64,000 nt of DNA, taken from Octopus vulgaris. Taxonomy: Eukaryota. Of this stretch, positions 1-12,412 are shown piece by piece (the first letter of the stretch is position 1; each line of letters begins with the position of its first letter). Both the position numbers and the translations under genes were made by a program. The stretch spans positions 35,898,001 to 35,962,000 of the forward strand of contig OX597817.1 of the NCBI GenBank assembly GCA_951406725.2, in the 5' to 3' direction. The notes beneath the pieces are model-generated. The model was not told where the DNA came from. It ran no database searches and saw nothing but the letters and a program-made list of their open reading frames with translations.

Positions 1-449
1 GTCGAGTCATGTTCGTACAGGACTCCGTAGCCGCCCATTCTTCGAAAAGAGTGCAAGAATTTTTGAAGAAGGAATTGCCAATGCTTGTCCCAAAATATAT
101 CTGACTTTCTCGCTCTCCAGATTTGAATTTCTGTAATTTTTGCCTAAGCGGCACAGTTGAAGCAATGTCTAATGCAAATTCTCACAACAGTGTGTCTTCG
201 CTGAAGGTTTCGATCAAGCGAGCATTCAGTAAAATGAAAAAGGAAGAAATAGTTAAGGCATGCGCATCATTTCGGAAATGGATTGAACTGGTAAAGAAAG
301 CAAATGGCAGTCAAATTGAACTGAAATAAATGCTACACACCTCACAATAAATTGGCATAAACATAATTTGCAGTGTTTGCTTTTCTCAAGTTATACTAAT
401 AATGATAAAGATATTTAAATGGTCATAATTTACCTGTCACACCCTATAT
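1..449 (+). mobile_element. Tc1/mariner (maT-like) transposase 3' remnant with right end
   Basis: Translation FVQDSVAAHSSKRVQEFLK...SRSPDLNFCNF...LKVSIKRAF...ACASFRKWIELVKKANGSQIE matches degenerate QDGAPAH and SPDLNPLD motifs. It has an internal stop and ends in caccctata/TA, like a Tc1/mariner TIR. Confidence 0.75.
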
Positions 450-454
450 ATATC

Positions 455-870
455 ATCATCATTATCGTTTAACATCTGCTTTCCATACTAGCATGGATTG
501 GATGATTTGACTGAGGACTGGCGAACCAGATGGCTGCTCCAGGCTCCAATCTTGATTTGCAGAGTTTCTACAGCTGGATGCCCTACCTAACGCCAACCAC
601 TACGAGAGTATAGTGGATGATTTTACATGCCACCAACACGAGGGCCAGTCAGGCGGTACTGGCAACGGCCACGCTAAAGTGGTGTTTTTTACGTGCAACC
701 TGCACAGGAGCCCGTCCAGCGGCACTGGCAACGACCTCGCTCGAATGTTTTTTCACGTGCCACCAGCACAAGTGCCAGTAAGGCGATACTGGTAACAATC
801 ACGCTCGAATGGTGCTTTTTACGTGCCACCGGCACGGAAGCCAGTTAGCTGCTCTGGCAACGATCACGAT
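455..870 (-). mobile_element. 5'-truncated RTE-LINE 3' UTR with internal ~60-70 bp subrepeats and (GAT)n tail
   Basis: Reverse complement of the ...ggcgttaggaagggcatccagctgtagaaac...gacgttaaacgatgatgat element, which follows the RT remnant at 33066-34780. Confidence 0.7.
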
Positions 871-899
871 ATAAGCTCCATCTATCTTATAAAAATATC

Positions 900-1825
900 C
901 TAGATAGGAGTGGTTGCTTCCCAATCACATGGCTCCGAGTTCAGTCCCACTGCATGGCACATTAGGCAAGTGTCTTTTACTATAGCCTTGGGCTGACCAA
1001 AGCCTTGTGAGTAGATATGGTAGATGGAAACATGAAAGAAGCCCGTCGTATACATATATGTGTGTGTGTCCACCATCACTTGACAGTCGATGTTGGTGTG
1101 TTTACGTCCCTGTAATTTAACCGTTTCGGCAAAGAAGAACGATAGAATAAGTACTTACAAAGAATAAGGCTTACAAAGAATAAGTCCTAAGGTCGATTTG
1201 TTCGACTAAAGGTGGTGCTCCTGCATGGTCGCAGTCAAATGACTGAAACAAATAAAAGAATAAAAGAATATAGGCACAGAAGTGGCTTTGTGGCAAGAAG
1301 CTTGCTTCCCAACCACATAGTTTCGGCGACAGTTCCACTGTGTGGCACCTTAGACAAGTGCATTCTACTATATCCTCGGGCCGACCAAAGCCTTGAAAAT
1401 GGATTTGGTAGACAGAAACTGTATGTATGTATGTATGTATGTATGTATGTATTTGTGTGTCTGTTTGTCCCCCAACATCCCTTGACAACCGATGTTGGTG
1501 TGTTTACGTCCCCGTAACTTAACTGTTTGGCAAAATAGACTGTTAGAATAAGTACTAGGCTTACAAAGAATAAGTCATCGGGTAGATTTGTTTGACTAAA
1601 TGTGGTACTCCAGCATGGCCGCAGTCAAATGACTGCAATAAAAGAAAATATATACACTCGACGGGCTTTTTTCACTTTCCGTGAAACAAATCCACTCACA
1701 AGGCTTTAGTCACACCGGGGCTATAGTAAAAGACATCTCTGCCTAAGGTGCCACACAGTGGAACTGAACCCGAAACCATGTAGCTGAAAAGCAACATCCT
1801 TACCACACAGCTACTCTTGCGCCAA
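900..1825. mobile_element. Cluster of tRNA-derived SINE family 1 copies (two +, one partial -)
   Basis: Repeated head tggctgtgtggtaagaagcttgc..ggttcagtccc (A/B-box-like) and body gagtggatttggtagacggaaactgaaagaagcc...cagcatggccgcagtcaaatgactgaaac. Confidence 0.8.
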
Positions 1826-2039
1826 CACATACACACAGATTTTGAACATAAACGTAGAAAGAAAAAAAACGTCTAGAGGGCGTTGTTTCTCCTTGTATGT
1901 TCAAATAGAGATTACTGAAATAATAGGATTTTTATAGTCTGTCCTTTGCTTGTCTGATAGGTAATTCTTTGGATTTTATATGATTTCCATTTCTCTGTTA
2001 TTGAAAAAAATTCAGTCACGATAACAGGCTAGAGTAAAG

Positions 2040-2122
2040 TTTCTCTCATTCTCTCTCTCTCTCTTCCTATTTTTCTCTCTTTCTCTCTATATATATGAGT
2101 GTGTAGATAGATAGATAGATAA

Positions 2123-2169
<47 letters not shown>

Positions 2170-2280
2170 CATACATACATACATACATACATACATACAT
2201 ACATACATACATACATACATACATACATACATACATAGATGCATGCACGTATGTATGTATGCATGTATGTATATCATGTG
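2040..2280. repeat. Compound microsatellite (CT)n-(GATA)n-(CATA)n
   Basis: Seen directly. Confidence 0.95.
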
Positions 2281-2929
2281 CTTCGTGTGTGTATATAGGC
2301 GAAGTATATATAGACAAGAAAGTTTGTATATAAACTTCTTTCCAAGTAATAATAACTAACAAAATAACAGAAGACATGTCAGCTTGAAAACTCGAAAACA
2401 ATTGACGGGTCTACCACCAGAAATAGAGACATGTTGGGAACAAAGGCTAAGAGCTGTATAGAACGTATATGTTGAACAACTGAGAACGACATTGTCAAAG
2501 CCGAGCGATACAAAGAACTGGACAAAGCGGTAAAAATGCAAAAGAACTAAAGCGTATAAGACAAAACAGAACTTCTAGAACATAAATAATAGTCTTAACC
2601 TTTTTAAGTTTGTCTGTGAAACGGAAGGAAAGGACAGAAAAAAGGCGTTCAGTGCAATCATGAATAAAAGCGGTAACATAAATACAGCTGAGGTATTTCA
2701 ATAATGCAATGATTATTTCGAACAAGATCTTAACATTAAATTCCCAAACAACTTAGAAATAATATCAGAAAGTGGATTCTCAAGCAAAAGTAGGAAAAGA
2801 AGAAATAAAAAAAGCTATAAAATAATGAAAATCCGTAAAGCCCCTACTATGAAACATTATCCGTGTTGCAGTACTCAGAGTAGAAGATTATCATTAATAT
2901 ATTGTACATAACATTTAACATTGAAAATA

Positions 2930-3392
2930 AGTCGGTGAGCGGGCAGAAACATTAGCACAACGGGTGAAATGCTTAGCGGTATTTCGTCTGCCGCTACGTT
3001 CTGAGTTCAAATTCCGCCGAGGTCGATTTTGCCTTGCATCCTTTCGGGGTCGATTAAATAAGTACCAGTTACGCACTGGGATCGATATAATCGACTTAAT
3101 CCGTTTGTCTTTCCTTGTTTGTCCTCTCTGTGTTTAGCCCCTTGTGGGTAATAAAGAAATAGAAATAGGTATTTCGTCTGCCGCAACGTTCTGAGTTCAA
3201 ATTCTGCCGAGGTCGACTTTGCCTTTCATCCTTTCGGGGTCGATTAAATAAGTACCAGTTACGCACTGGGGTCGATATAATCGACTTAATCCGTTTGTCT
3301 GTCCTTGTTTGTCCTCTCTGTGTTTAGCCCCTTGTGGGTAGTAAAGAAATAGGTATTTCGTCTGCCGTTACGTTCTGAGTTCAAATTCCACT
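2930..3392 (+). mobile_element. SINE family 2 with tandemly repeated body (about 2.3 units)
   Basis: Head ggtgagc.ggcagaaac.ttagcac, then aggtatttcgtctgccg..cgttctgagttcaaattc restarts at ~2977, ~3167 and ~3351. Conserved core gcctttcatcctttcggggtcgattaaataagtacc. Confidence 0.8.
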
Positions 3393-3541
3393 GAAGGACA
3401 TCCAGCTGTAGAAACACTGCTAGATCAGACTGGAGCCTGGTGCAGTCTCCTGGCTTCCCAGACCCCGGTCGAACAGTCCAACCCATGCTAGCATGGAAAA
3501 CGGACGTTAAACGATGATGATGATGATGATGATGATGATGA
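3393..3541 (+). mobile_element. RTE-LINE 3' tail with (GAT)n
   Basis: catccagctgtagaaacactgc...ggacgttaaacgatgatgat. Confidence 0.7.
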
Positions 3542-4110
3542 CAAAGGACATCATGACAAGATGTAGAAATAATTCGTCAGATAATTCACTCTATTAGACT
3601 TATTGGATCTTTTCTTTTTGAAAGCCAGATTTTTCAGATTTTTCTAGTTAACTAAATAATTTGAAACTTCGTATACTGGTAGAATGAGTCAAAAGAAAAC
3701 AATAATTTCAACTAGTTTTTTTGACAAAAATGTATTTTATAAGTTTAAACGTAGTTTAAATCTGCGAATTTTAACCAATCGTATTCTCTGTATTGAGTTG
3801 AAATTATTTGCTCCGTCTGGCTTTCAAAAGGAAAAGATCCGAGTTATTAAGAAAGAAGTGAATGAACTGGCCCAAAAATTACGTAACACGAGCTAGCCAA
3901 CAATAATGTAATGCTAAGACTTCTCACTTCACACATCACGGGAAAAACCGTCAAGATTGTGAACTTCTCATATTCGTGCCGATACAGCGTTACCACTCTC
4001 AAAAGCGAAGAACAAAGCATCCCATTGAAGTGGATGGTTATAATCCAGGGCAAGAAAAGGTGGGGCTTCAAAGACGACTGGGTAAATAAACTGTGATTAA
4101 AATCAAGAAT

Positions 4111-4530
4111 AGGCGCAAGAGTGGCTGTGTGGTAAGTAGCTTGCTAACCAACCACATGGTTCCAGGTTCAGTCCCACTGCGTGGCATCTTGGGCAAGTGT
4201 CTTCTGCTATAGCCTCTGGCCGACCAAAGCCTTGTGAGTGGATTTGGTAGACGGAAACTGAAAGAAGCCTGTCGTATATATGTATATATATATATGTGTG
4301 TGTGTGTATGTTTGTGTGTCTGTGTTTGTCCCCCTAGCATTGCTTGACAACCGATGCTGGTGTGTTTATGTCCCCGTTACATAGGGGTTCGGCAAAAGAG
4401 ACCGATAGAATAAGTACTGGGCTTACAAAGAATAAGTCCCGGGGTCGATTTGCTCGACTAAAGGCGGTGCTCCAGCATGGCCGCAGTCAAATGACTGAAA
4501 CAAGTAAAAGAGTAAAGAGTAAAGAGTAAA
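4111..4530 (+). mobile_element. Full-length SINE family 1
   Basis: aggcgca.gagtggctgtgtggtaag head, internal TA/TG tract, (AAAGAGT)n tail. Confidence 0.85.
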
Positions 4531-4784
4531 TATGAAGAAATTACATCGTGGAAGAGCCATTTTAAACAACTAAAAGCACAAAAGTCGTTATGTTTATTTT
4601 TAATTTACTTCACGGGGTGTCCCCGAAATATATGCGAGGAGAATAAAACAATTTTTTTGTGTTTTTAGATGGCTCTTTCTACAAATGTTATTGATTCTAT
4701 TTTAACTCACAGCTTCAATGGGCTCAGATTAAGTCACTTGCCAATCAAATGCAATGCCGAAAGGAGAGCACGCGCGCGTGATAC

Positions 4785-5312
4785 GCATACATACATACAT
4801 ACATACATACATACATACATACATACATACATACATACATACATTCATACATACATACATGCATGCATACATACATACATTCATACATACATACATACAT
4901 ACATACATACATACATACATACATACATACATGCATGCATGCATACATACATACATACATACATACAGGCATACATACATACATGCATGCATACATACAT
5001 ACATTCATACATACATACATACATACATACATACATACATACATACATACATACATACATACATACATGCATGCATACATACATACATACATACATACAT
5101 ACATTCATACATACATACATACATACATACATACATACATACATGCATGCATGCATGCATACATACATACATACATACATACATGCATGCATACATACAT
5201 ACATACATACATACATACAGGCATACATACATGCATGCATACATACATACATACATACATACATACATACATACATACATACATACATACATACATGCAT
5301 GCATACATACAT
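4785..5312. repeat. ~525-bp (CATA)n array with variant units
   Basis: Seen directly; it explains the HTYI/MYVC ORFs. Confidence 0.95.
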
Positions 5313-5420
5313 ATGTACAAGATACATTCCAGAAGTTTTGATACTTTTTTAGGAGAAGCAGTTATAACTGTCTTAGGTTATTGTAATTTTAATATATTAT
5401 TACTGTACATATATTATTAC

Positions 5421-5708
5421 TAGGCGTAGGAGTGGCTGTGTGGTAAGAAGCTTGCTTACCAACCACATGGTTCCGGGTTCAGTCCCACTGCGTGGCAGCT
5501 TGGGCAAGTGTCTTCTACTATAGCCTCGGGCTGACCAAATCCTTTAAGTGGATTTGGTAGACGGAGACTGAAAGAAGCCCATCGTATATATATGTACATG
5601 TGTGTATATGTTTGTGTGTCTGTGTTTGTCCCCCAACAACCGATGCTGGTGTGTTTGTGTCCCCGTAGCTTAGTACTAGGTTTACAAAGAATAAGTCCTG
5701 GGGTCGGA
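5421..5708 (+). mobile_element. SINE family 1, 3'-truncated
   Basis: Same head and body as 4111-4530. Confidence 0.8.
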
Positions 5709-6122
5709 TATCATTATGGTTTCGACATCTGGGCAGTACCATCCAATCTGGTGGTGTCAACAGCACTAAAATAAGTGTTGTTTGGGAACAAACAAATCAA
5801 AGAAACCGCAACTTTCAAACACTTTCAAACAGTGACAACTCTATTAACTCTTCCGGAGTGTAATATAAAATCAAAGCTAAATAACCACATTATTTAAAGG
5901 CAGGATTAAACTCTAACCTTACTAAAACTACAACAAGAGACATTTAAACCAATGTACATTGTATCGGTATCAATATATCTATACATACACAAAAAATGGA
6001 ACAAGAACGTAACAGACGACGATAATACATCCGGACAGATAGACGATACGAAGACGGACAGGACAAAACAAGGACGGGCTATTTGTGGCCTTCTCTCCTC
6101 AGTCAAATTCCTTACAACTTTG

Positions 6123-6139
<17 letters not shown>

Positions 6140-6153
<14 letters not shown>

Positions 6154-6560
6154 CGTTTATGTGTGCGTGTATGTATGTATGCATATGTGTGTGTGTCCAT
6201 ATATATATGTATACATACAGTCATCTCGACATGTTAGACTGTTGAACTCTGCACAGTTTTTCTCTCTCCGTTTTTTTTCATTTTCTCGCCATTTTTTTTT
6301 TTTTTATCTTAATCCTTTCTGTCGAAGAGCGTAGGCTTGAAACGTAAAAGCTTTTACGTTTCAAGCCTACGCTCTTCGACAGAAAGGATTAAGATAAAAA
6401 AAAAAATGGCGAGAAAATGAAAAAAACGGAGAGAGAAAAACTGTGCAGAGTTCAACAGTCTAACATGTCGAGATGACTGTATGTATACATATATATATGG
6501 ACACACACACATATGCATACATACACGCACACATAAACGCACATATATACATATATACAT
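6140..6560. repeat. Near-perfect spacerless palindrome (~210-bp arms, axis 6350/6351)
   Basis: ...gaaacgtaaaag|cttttacgtttc...; the arms differ only in homopolymer lengths and one microsatellite unit. Confidence 0.92.
6315..6350 (+). ncRNA. PLE-type minimal hammerhead-like motif, variant core (mirrored at 6351-6386 on -)
   Basis: cttt-CTGTCGA-a-gagc gtag gctt-GAAACGTA-aaag: stem I cttt/aaag, stem II, palindromic ACGT stem III. Position A6 is substituted. Confidence 0.5.
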
Positions 6561-6866
6561 ATATATGTGTAGGAGGGGGAGAGAGGGACAGACGGACAGA
6601 CAAACAGATAGACAGATAAACGGACAGGGACGATGTGAGAGACGGAAAGTGTTACACTGTTTAATTATGAACAGTTATTCATTGAAATCCAATTGTTTTA
6701 ACAAGTAAATATTTGACTTCGTTTCAGATACACAAAGATCAGCGATCAACAAACATTGTTGAACCCAGAGGTTGTTCCAGAACAGCAGCTCACAGACAGC
6801 AGCGAGTTGGCTCCAATCGATAATAAAGAAAAGGACGGAGATTATGACCACACACATACACGCGAT

Positions 6867-6945
<79 letters not shown>

Positions 6946-7214
6946 GAAATAATAAATTTCTGTAAATCTATGAGTACAGCATTTGTTTCTTTTTTCTATA
7001 ATCGTATATTATTATATGTTCAATATGTCCATATATCAGAAATGTATATATATAAAGTAAATAGAAAATGGAGAAATATTGCTCAACAACAATTGACTTA
7101 CATCAATCATTATTTTTTAATTCAATACAAATAGACTGCATCCCATCTAACAGCTGTTTCTGCTTCCAGTGTTATATGATATTGCCAATGATATTCTAAA
7201 ATTAATGTTCATCA

Positions 7215-8019
7215 ATAATGTTTAAAACTACTTGGTTAATAGAAGAGTAATAACTATCAATATCAATTTGTATTTAATACCATTATACCAATTTATTACT
7301 TCGTTGGTACTAGACCAAAGTTTTTTTAACGACCGTTATATACGTATCTAAAATAGCCTTACTTAGTCTACCCAAGTCAAATTTCCCTGGGCAAATCGAT
7401 CTTACTTTAGGGTTGCCATAAAAATTGTATTTGTGGTCCTTTAAATAAATCTAGGTCTTTTAGGAACGAAAAGTTCGGTTCTGTCATCCGATTTGTAATT
7501 TTTCATTATCTTTCTGGATATTAAGTTGGTAGTTCGTAATACAATTTTTGGGGTTATTTTATAACTTTTAGTAATTTCCTTTTTTAATAGTTCATGATAG
7601 TAATTTATTTCCAGTTTATACAAATTACTAGTCTTGTCCGAATGTACGGTTATCCCATTTTTACTTTTAAGGTCCGATACCATAGATTTAAGCTTCCTAG
7701 TGTGCTCATTTCCTTTGTGGGGATATTTCTTAATTCAACATTTTTAATAACTTTCCACAATTCGTCCTCAAAACATGCAAGATGACTATTTGATGGTGGG
7801 TATCTTTTAGTCCTAACAATTTCTAATAGTTGACCAGTCTATTAGGCGCAGGAGTAGCTGTGTGGTAAGTAGCTTGCTTACCAACCACATGGTTCCGGGT
7901 TCAATCCCATTGCGTGGCACTTTGGGCAAGTGTCTTCTACTATAGCTCCGGGCCGACCAAAGCCTTGTGAGTGGATTTGGTAGACGGAAACTGAAAGAAG
8001 CCCGTCTTATATATATGTG

Positions 8020-8079
<60 letters not shown>

Positions 8080-8445
8080 TGTGTTTGTCCCCCAACATCG
8101 CTTGACAACCGATGGTAGTGTGTTTACGTCCCCGTAACTTAGCGGGTCGGCAAAAGAGACCGATAGAATAAGTACTAGGCTTCCAAAGAATAAGTCCTGA
8201 GGTCGATTGCCTTGACTAAAGGCTGTGCTCCAGCATGGCCGCAGTCAAATGACTGAAACAAGTAAAAAAGAATAAATGAGTCTCTTTGGTTTTGTTATCT
8301 ATGGGTTTTTCTTGTCAAAGTAAAATGCTTCTCATCTGAGTCTATGGATAAATTCAGCTGTTTTATGTATTAGATCCATAATGTACTCCTTTTTAGGTGG
8401 AATTGAAATGTCCTTCATAGATATGTCACCCTCAAGTTTCTCCAT
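7215..8445 (-). pseudogene. Penelope-like element (possibly Naiad-type) N-terminal/RT ORF remnant, split by a SINE
   Basis: MEKLEGDISMKDISIPPKKEYIMDLIHKTAEFIHRLR*EAFYF...SDKTSNLYK...KDHKYNFYGNPKVRSICPGKFDLGRLSKAILD...WSSTNEVINW...IDIDSYYSSI resembles PLE motifs (SxKNIPIP, RMRWKA, DKTxNxY, KDHK, FDIxxFYPSI). Stops and frameshifts are present. Confidence 0.75.
7844..8277 (+). mobile_element. Full-length SINE family 1 inserted in the PLE ORF
   Basis: Complete head-to-tail copy; the PLE reading continues on both sides. Confidence 0.85.
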
Positions 8446-8779
8446 TTTACTGGTGGAGTCTTATATTAATCTACTTCTGTAGTTTAAATTTAATTAAATC
8501 ATAGATATAAAATCCTCTTAAAGGGATGTCAGCATCCAAGTTCCCCAGTATTATCCAGTTTATAAGTAAAAAACCATAGATGTTTGCTTCGCTTTGATGG
8601 ATAAGCAAATTTACTTATACATATACTTAAGTAAGGGCTTTTTAAATACATTGGATGCAAAAACACACATATATGAGGCTACCAAGTATCTGCTAACATA
8701 TTGGAATGTAGCACCTTTCTATCAAATTCTTCCCCTGGCGAACTGTCCAATTAGCTATATTCAATAGGAAACTATCCTC

Positions 8780-9158
8780 TGTGTGAAAAGTCTGACTGCA
8801 TCCGAAAAAATATATATTATGAAACAAAAATAAACCCAAAATTTATTACACGAATCTGTTACCACCACGACAATCAACTATTTGACGCCGAACACGAGTT
8901 TGATGTTGAATACATACACGAATTTTCCGCTCAGATAGCTCTTCCCAAGACTGCAAGACGGCTTTGTGCAATTCATGCCTCGTTGTAGGGTTTTTCAGTT
9001 CAACTTTATCGGCCAAAACTAAAGTTAATAATGATTCTGCTAATTCCACGTGTAAACATGTGTTGAATAGAACTGACTGAATAAATCTTAATTAACTGTG
9101 TTGTCAATTGTATGTACCTGACATATGCTAACGTGTATGCAGCCAGACTTTTCACACA
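8780..9158 (-). mobile_element. Internally deleted Tc1-like element with TIRs
   Basis: TIR pair tgtgtgaaaagtctgactgcat / atgcagccagacttttcacaca. ORF 8846-9049 (NPTTRHELHKAVLQSWEEL...IVDCRGG) resembles the Tc1 transposase C-terminus. Confidence 0.7.
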
Positions 9159-9311
9159 ATTTAATTGAATCTATTTTAGTTTCTCAAATTGAATTAATTG
9201 GGCATGGAAACAGCTATAGGTGCTAAGAGTTTGTTTTTGTTTGGAATTAAATATGTTATCATAAATTGATGTCTATATCTCAATTTCTCCGTTTTCATTT
9301 TCTCTCTCTGT

Positions 9312-9399
<88 letters not shown>

Positions 9400-9403
9400 A
9401 AAA

Positions 9404-9725
9404 TAATAAATCAACAAGGTTGGTTAGCTGCGTGCAAGATCGGGTTTCAAGCTTAAAATTAAAATATTTTACTTACTGCTCTCAGATCTTAACACACTAC
9501 ATGTGGGTATATAAAAGAAAGGTGTGAATTCTACTTGGCACTATATTTTTACGAGTCTGGATGGATATTGGTCATGCGATGTCGCCGATCGCATGCATAA
9601 TTTGAGATACTTGTAAACTTATGCTTTGGAATACTGTAGCTGATGAGAGCAGTAAGTAAAATATTTTTATTTTAAGCTTGAAACATGATCTTGTACGCAG
9701 TTAACCAACCTTGTTGATTATTTTT
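9404..9725. repeat. Inverted-repeat module (~80-bp arms) with a hammerhead motif at 9633-9701 (+)
   Basis: Arms aatcaacaaggttggtta...actgctctc / gagagcagt...taaccaaccttgttgatt. Motif CTGATGA-gagc...gctt-GAAAC-atgatctt-GTA-cgcag. Confidence 0.7.
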
Positions 9726-9857
9726 ATTTTGCTCACCTACAATATAGTGTGTTATTCTTGGAGATTTTAAGGTGGTAGTAGGGGCTTTAGCGTCCATTTC
9801 TTGCAGTGCGTGGTGAGGCATAAAGCCGATCCCTTGTTATAATTATGTATGTAATTC

Positions 9858-10181
9858 TTAAAGACTCCGCCGGTTACGACGACGAGGGTCCCAGCTGATA
9901 CGATCAACGGAACAGCTTGCTCGTGAAATTAACGTGCAAATGGCTGAGCATTCCACAGACACGTGTACCCTTAACGTAGTTCTCGGGGATAATCAGCGTG
10001 ACACAGAGAGTGACAAGGCTGACCCTTTGAAATACAAGTACAACTCATTTTTGCCAGCTGAGTGGACTGGAGCAACGTGAAATAAAGTGTCTTGCTCAAG
10101 GACACAACGCGTCGCCGGGAATCGAACTCACAACCTTACGATCATGAGCCGAATGCCCTAACCACTAAGCCACGCGCCCTC
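9858..10181 (-). mobile_element. SINE family 3 (tRNA-derived) with 12-bp TSD
   Basis: Head gggcgcgtggcttagtggttaggg..gagttcgattcccgg on -; atgtatgtaatt repeated on both flanks. Confidence 0.8.
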
Positions 10182-10195
10182 ATGTATGTAATTAT

Positions 10196-10250
<55 letters not shown>

Positions 10251-10348
10251 TATATATAGGGAGAGTTTACGAAAAAAACAAAAGACGAAGACAGGTGGTG
10301 TACAAAACAAACAGATGTATTAGTTTAACGCTCAGGAATAGAAAAAGT

Positions 10349-10384
10349 CTTTTACGTTTCGGGCCTACGCTCTTCTACAGAAAG
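10349..10384 (-). ncRNA. Hammerhead-like motif, same family as 6315-6350
   Basis: rc: cttt-CTGTAGA-a-gagc gtag gccc-GAAACGTA-aaag; A6 is substituted. Confidence 0.45.
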
Positions 10385-10434
10385 GGGACACAGAAAAAAC
10401 AAAAGGAGAGAAGCAATATATATATATATATATA

Positions 10435-11610
10435 CTAGCTGAAGGTGACCCGCTCTACGCGCGGTAAGAGTGTGGGTGTTACTTTCTGTTGCTTCCTTTC
10501 AGCACGTAAAAAGCACCATCCGAACGTGGCCGATTGCAGCACCGCCTTGACTTGCTTCTGTGCTGGTGGCACGTAAAAAGCACCAACCGATCGTTGCCAC
10601 TGCGAGCCCCCTGGCACCAGTGCCGGCGGCACGAAAAAAGCACTCACTACACTCACAGTGTGGTTGGCGTTAGGAAGGTCATCCACCTGTAGAAACACTG
10701 CCAGATCAGACTGGAGCCTGGTGCAGCCTCCTGGCTTCCGAGACCCCGGTCACACTGCCCAACCCGTGCTAGCACGGAAAACGGACGTTAAACGATGATG
10801 ATGATGATGAATCTCCGTATTTGTTTCTCTCTCTTTTCTCTCTCACTTTCCCACTCTCTTACTTTTCTTTTCTCTCTGACTCTCCCTCGCTTTCTCTTAC
10901 TCTCTATCTTTATCTATCTCTCTCCCATTTATAAACAACAGAAGATGTTGAGTAAGTTGAGAAATAAAATATTTAGAAAGATCAATCAGAAATATGAGGC
11001 AGTGGCAATGGAAAGGTCTGCTTCAAGGCAGACAGCAAAACGCTAACATTCAAAAGGGACAGACGAACTTGCGAGCTGAATAAAAATAATAAAATATTGG
11101 AAACCAAAGTTTGAAGGGATAGAATCTGAGGATAGTAGAGTCACCATGGCTGGCATTTGTTAACGACGGACAGCAACGTAGTGACAGTTTAACGGCTGGC
11201 GTAAAATTTTGAACTTGATGTAAAAGAAAATTCGTAAACACCAAGTTTTGAAGTGATTCTTTCTCACGACAGTAGACTCACCATGGCAAGCATTCAAAAC
11301 TTCTTTATCATGGACGGCAACACATTGACGATTAAAAGGCTGGCGCAAATTTTTTAGCTTGATGCAACAGAGAATTCCTAAACACCCGCTCTTTGAAATT
11401 TTAATCCCCTTCCAGCCCCATTTAGACCCCTTTTCACATTTTGGTTAATATAACCCGATTTCATTCGGGTATACTGGGGCCACATTTTATAAGATGAGGA
11501 ATTTTGTCCTAGAGGTGACGCCTTTCATTTGAGGAACAAAATAGTTGTGATGCAAACTTGTCAGCACCTTTAACATAGGTGTGCATATTTTCAGGTGAAT
11601 CGACCGACTA
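10435..11610 (-). mobile_element. Non-autonomous Helitron-like element (3' end at 10435), interrupted by an RTE tail at 10495-10810
   Basis: rc 3' end ccgcgcgtagagcggg hairpin, then ..CTAG|T. Internal ~140-bp duplication near 11100-11390. The 5' boundary is uncertain. Confidence 0.5.
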
Positions 11611-11816
11611 CGTAATGCACACATATATATATGTGTATATATATATATATGTGTGTGTGCGTGTGTGTGTGTGCACGCATTATATATACAAATGTATACA
11701 AATGAGATATATATCTGTATAAATTAAATTAGAGATAAAACCACTAATAGGCAAATGAAACAGTGAAAAACCAAAAACAAAAACATAAAAAAAGAAAATA
11801 TAACATAGAAAATATA

Positions 11817-12412
11817 TCTATATATATAAAACTGTAGTTGTGTGAGTGTCTGTCCCCTTCGATTTAGATTCCTAACTACTCCCAAATTTTGCGGTGCAGT
11901 TTAACCAAATTCGGGTATCTTATAGTCGTGATTCATATCGAGCCCGTCTGGGTATTAGCGCGCGTCTACGATGAGTGTACGATTTTAAAAATAATTTAAC
12001 ATCATTTTTTATTCCATTTTAATGCATATTTTTTCGTGTGTCGATGGCGGCGGAGTTGGCGTCCACGCTCACGCCTGCACCTGTGTTGCTTCTCCCCCTT
12101 CTTCCCTCCCTCGTGAAGCTGTGGGGAAGGGAGTGTAAGGAAATCAACGTCGTAATGCGTTGTGAAGGAGACCAGCGTTCTTTTAGAACAACGACTTCAT
12201 GGCTTGAAGTCGCCAAAACAGAAATCGCTAAAAAAGCTGAAACAGATCCACAAAAACGGCAAAAACCGCCACACAGGGCAGGTTTCCTGTGCAAACAATT
12301 TGCACAACCGAATGTTTTAGTTGTTGCACAAATCTTTATATATAAAAGTAAGGTTGTGTGTCTGTCTCCTACGATTTAGATTGCTAACTACTCCCACATT
12401 TTGCGGTGCAGT
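11817..12412 (+). mobile_element. Non-autonomous Helitron type A followed by a truncated type B
   Basis: A|TCtatatatataaaactgtagttgtgtg start identical to 30417 and 49455; second start A|TCtttatatataaaagtaagg at 12333. Confidence 0.7.

Noticed and set aside
4068-4529. Recurring ORFs ...FRLPNPLTR... and ...ETDRISTGLTKNKS...
   Set aside because: These are SINE family 1 read-throughs, not a gene family.
4669-5423. Long ORFs up to 227 aa (HTYI/MYVC), and similar ones at 2029-2401, 12526-13308 and 28336-29413
   Set aside because: These are stop-free translations of (CATA)n, (CA)n and (TA)n microsatellites.
8330-8340. In-frame TGA in the PLE ORF as possible selenocysteine
   Set aside because: It aligns with Trp of the RWKA-like motif in a decayed ORF, so a TGG>TGA mutation is more likely.
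12038-12379. Recurring ORF MSMAAELASTL... (also 30638 and 49661)
   Set aside because: It starts at GTG inside a non-autonomous Helitron; copies differ by frameshifting indels and show no recognisable domain.
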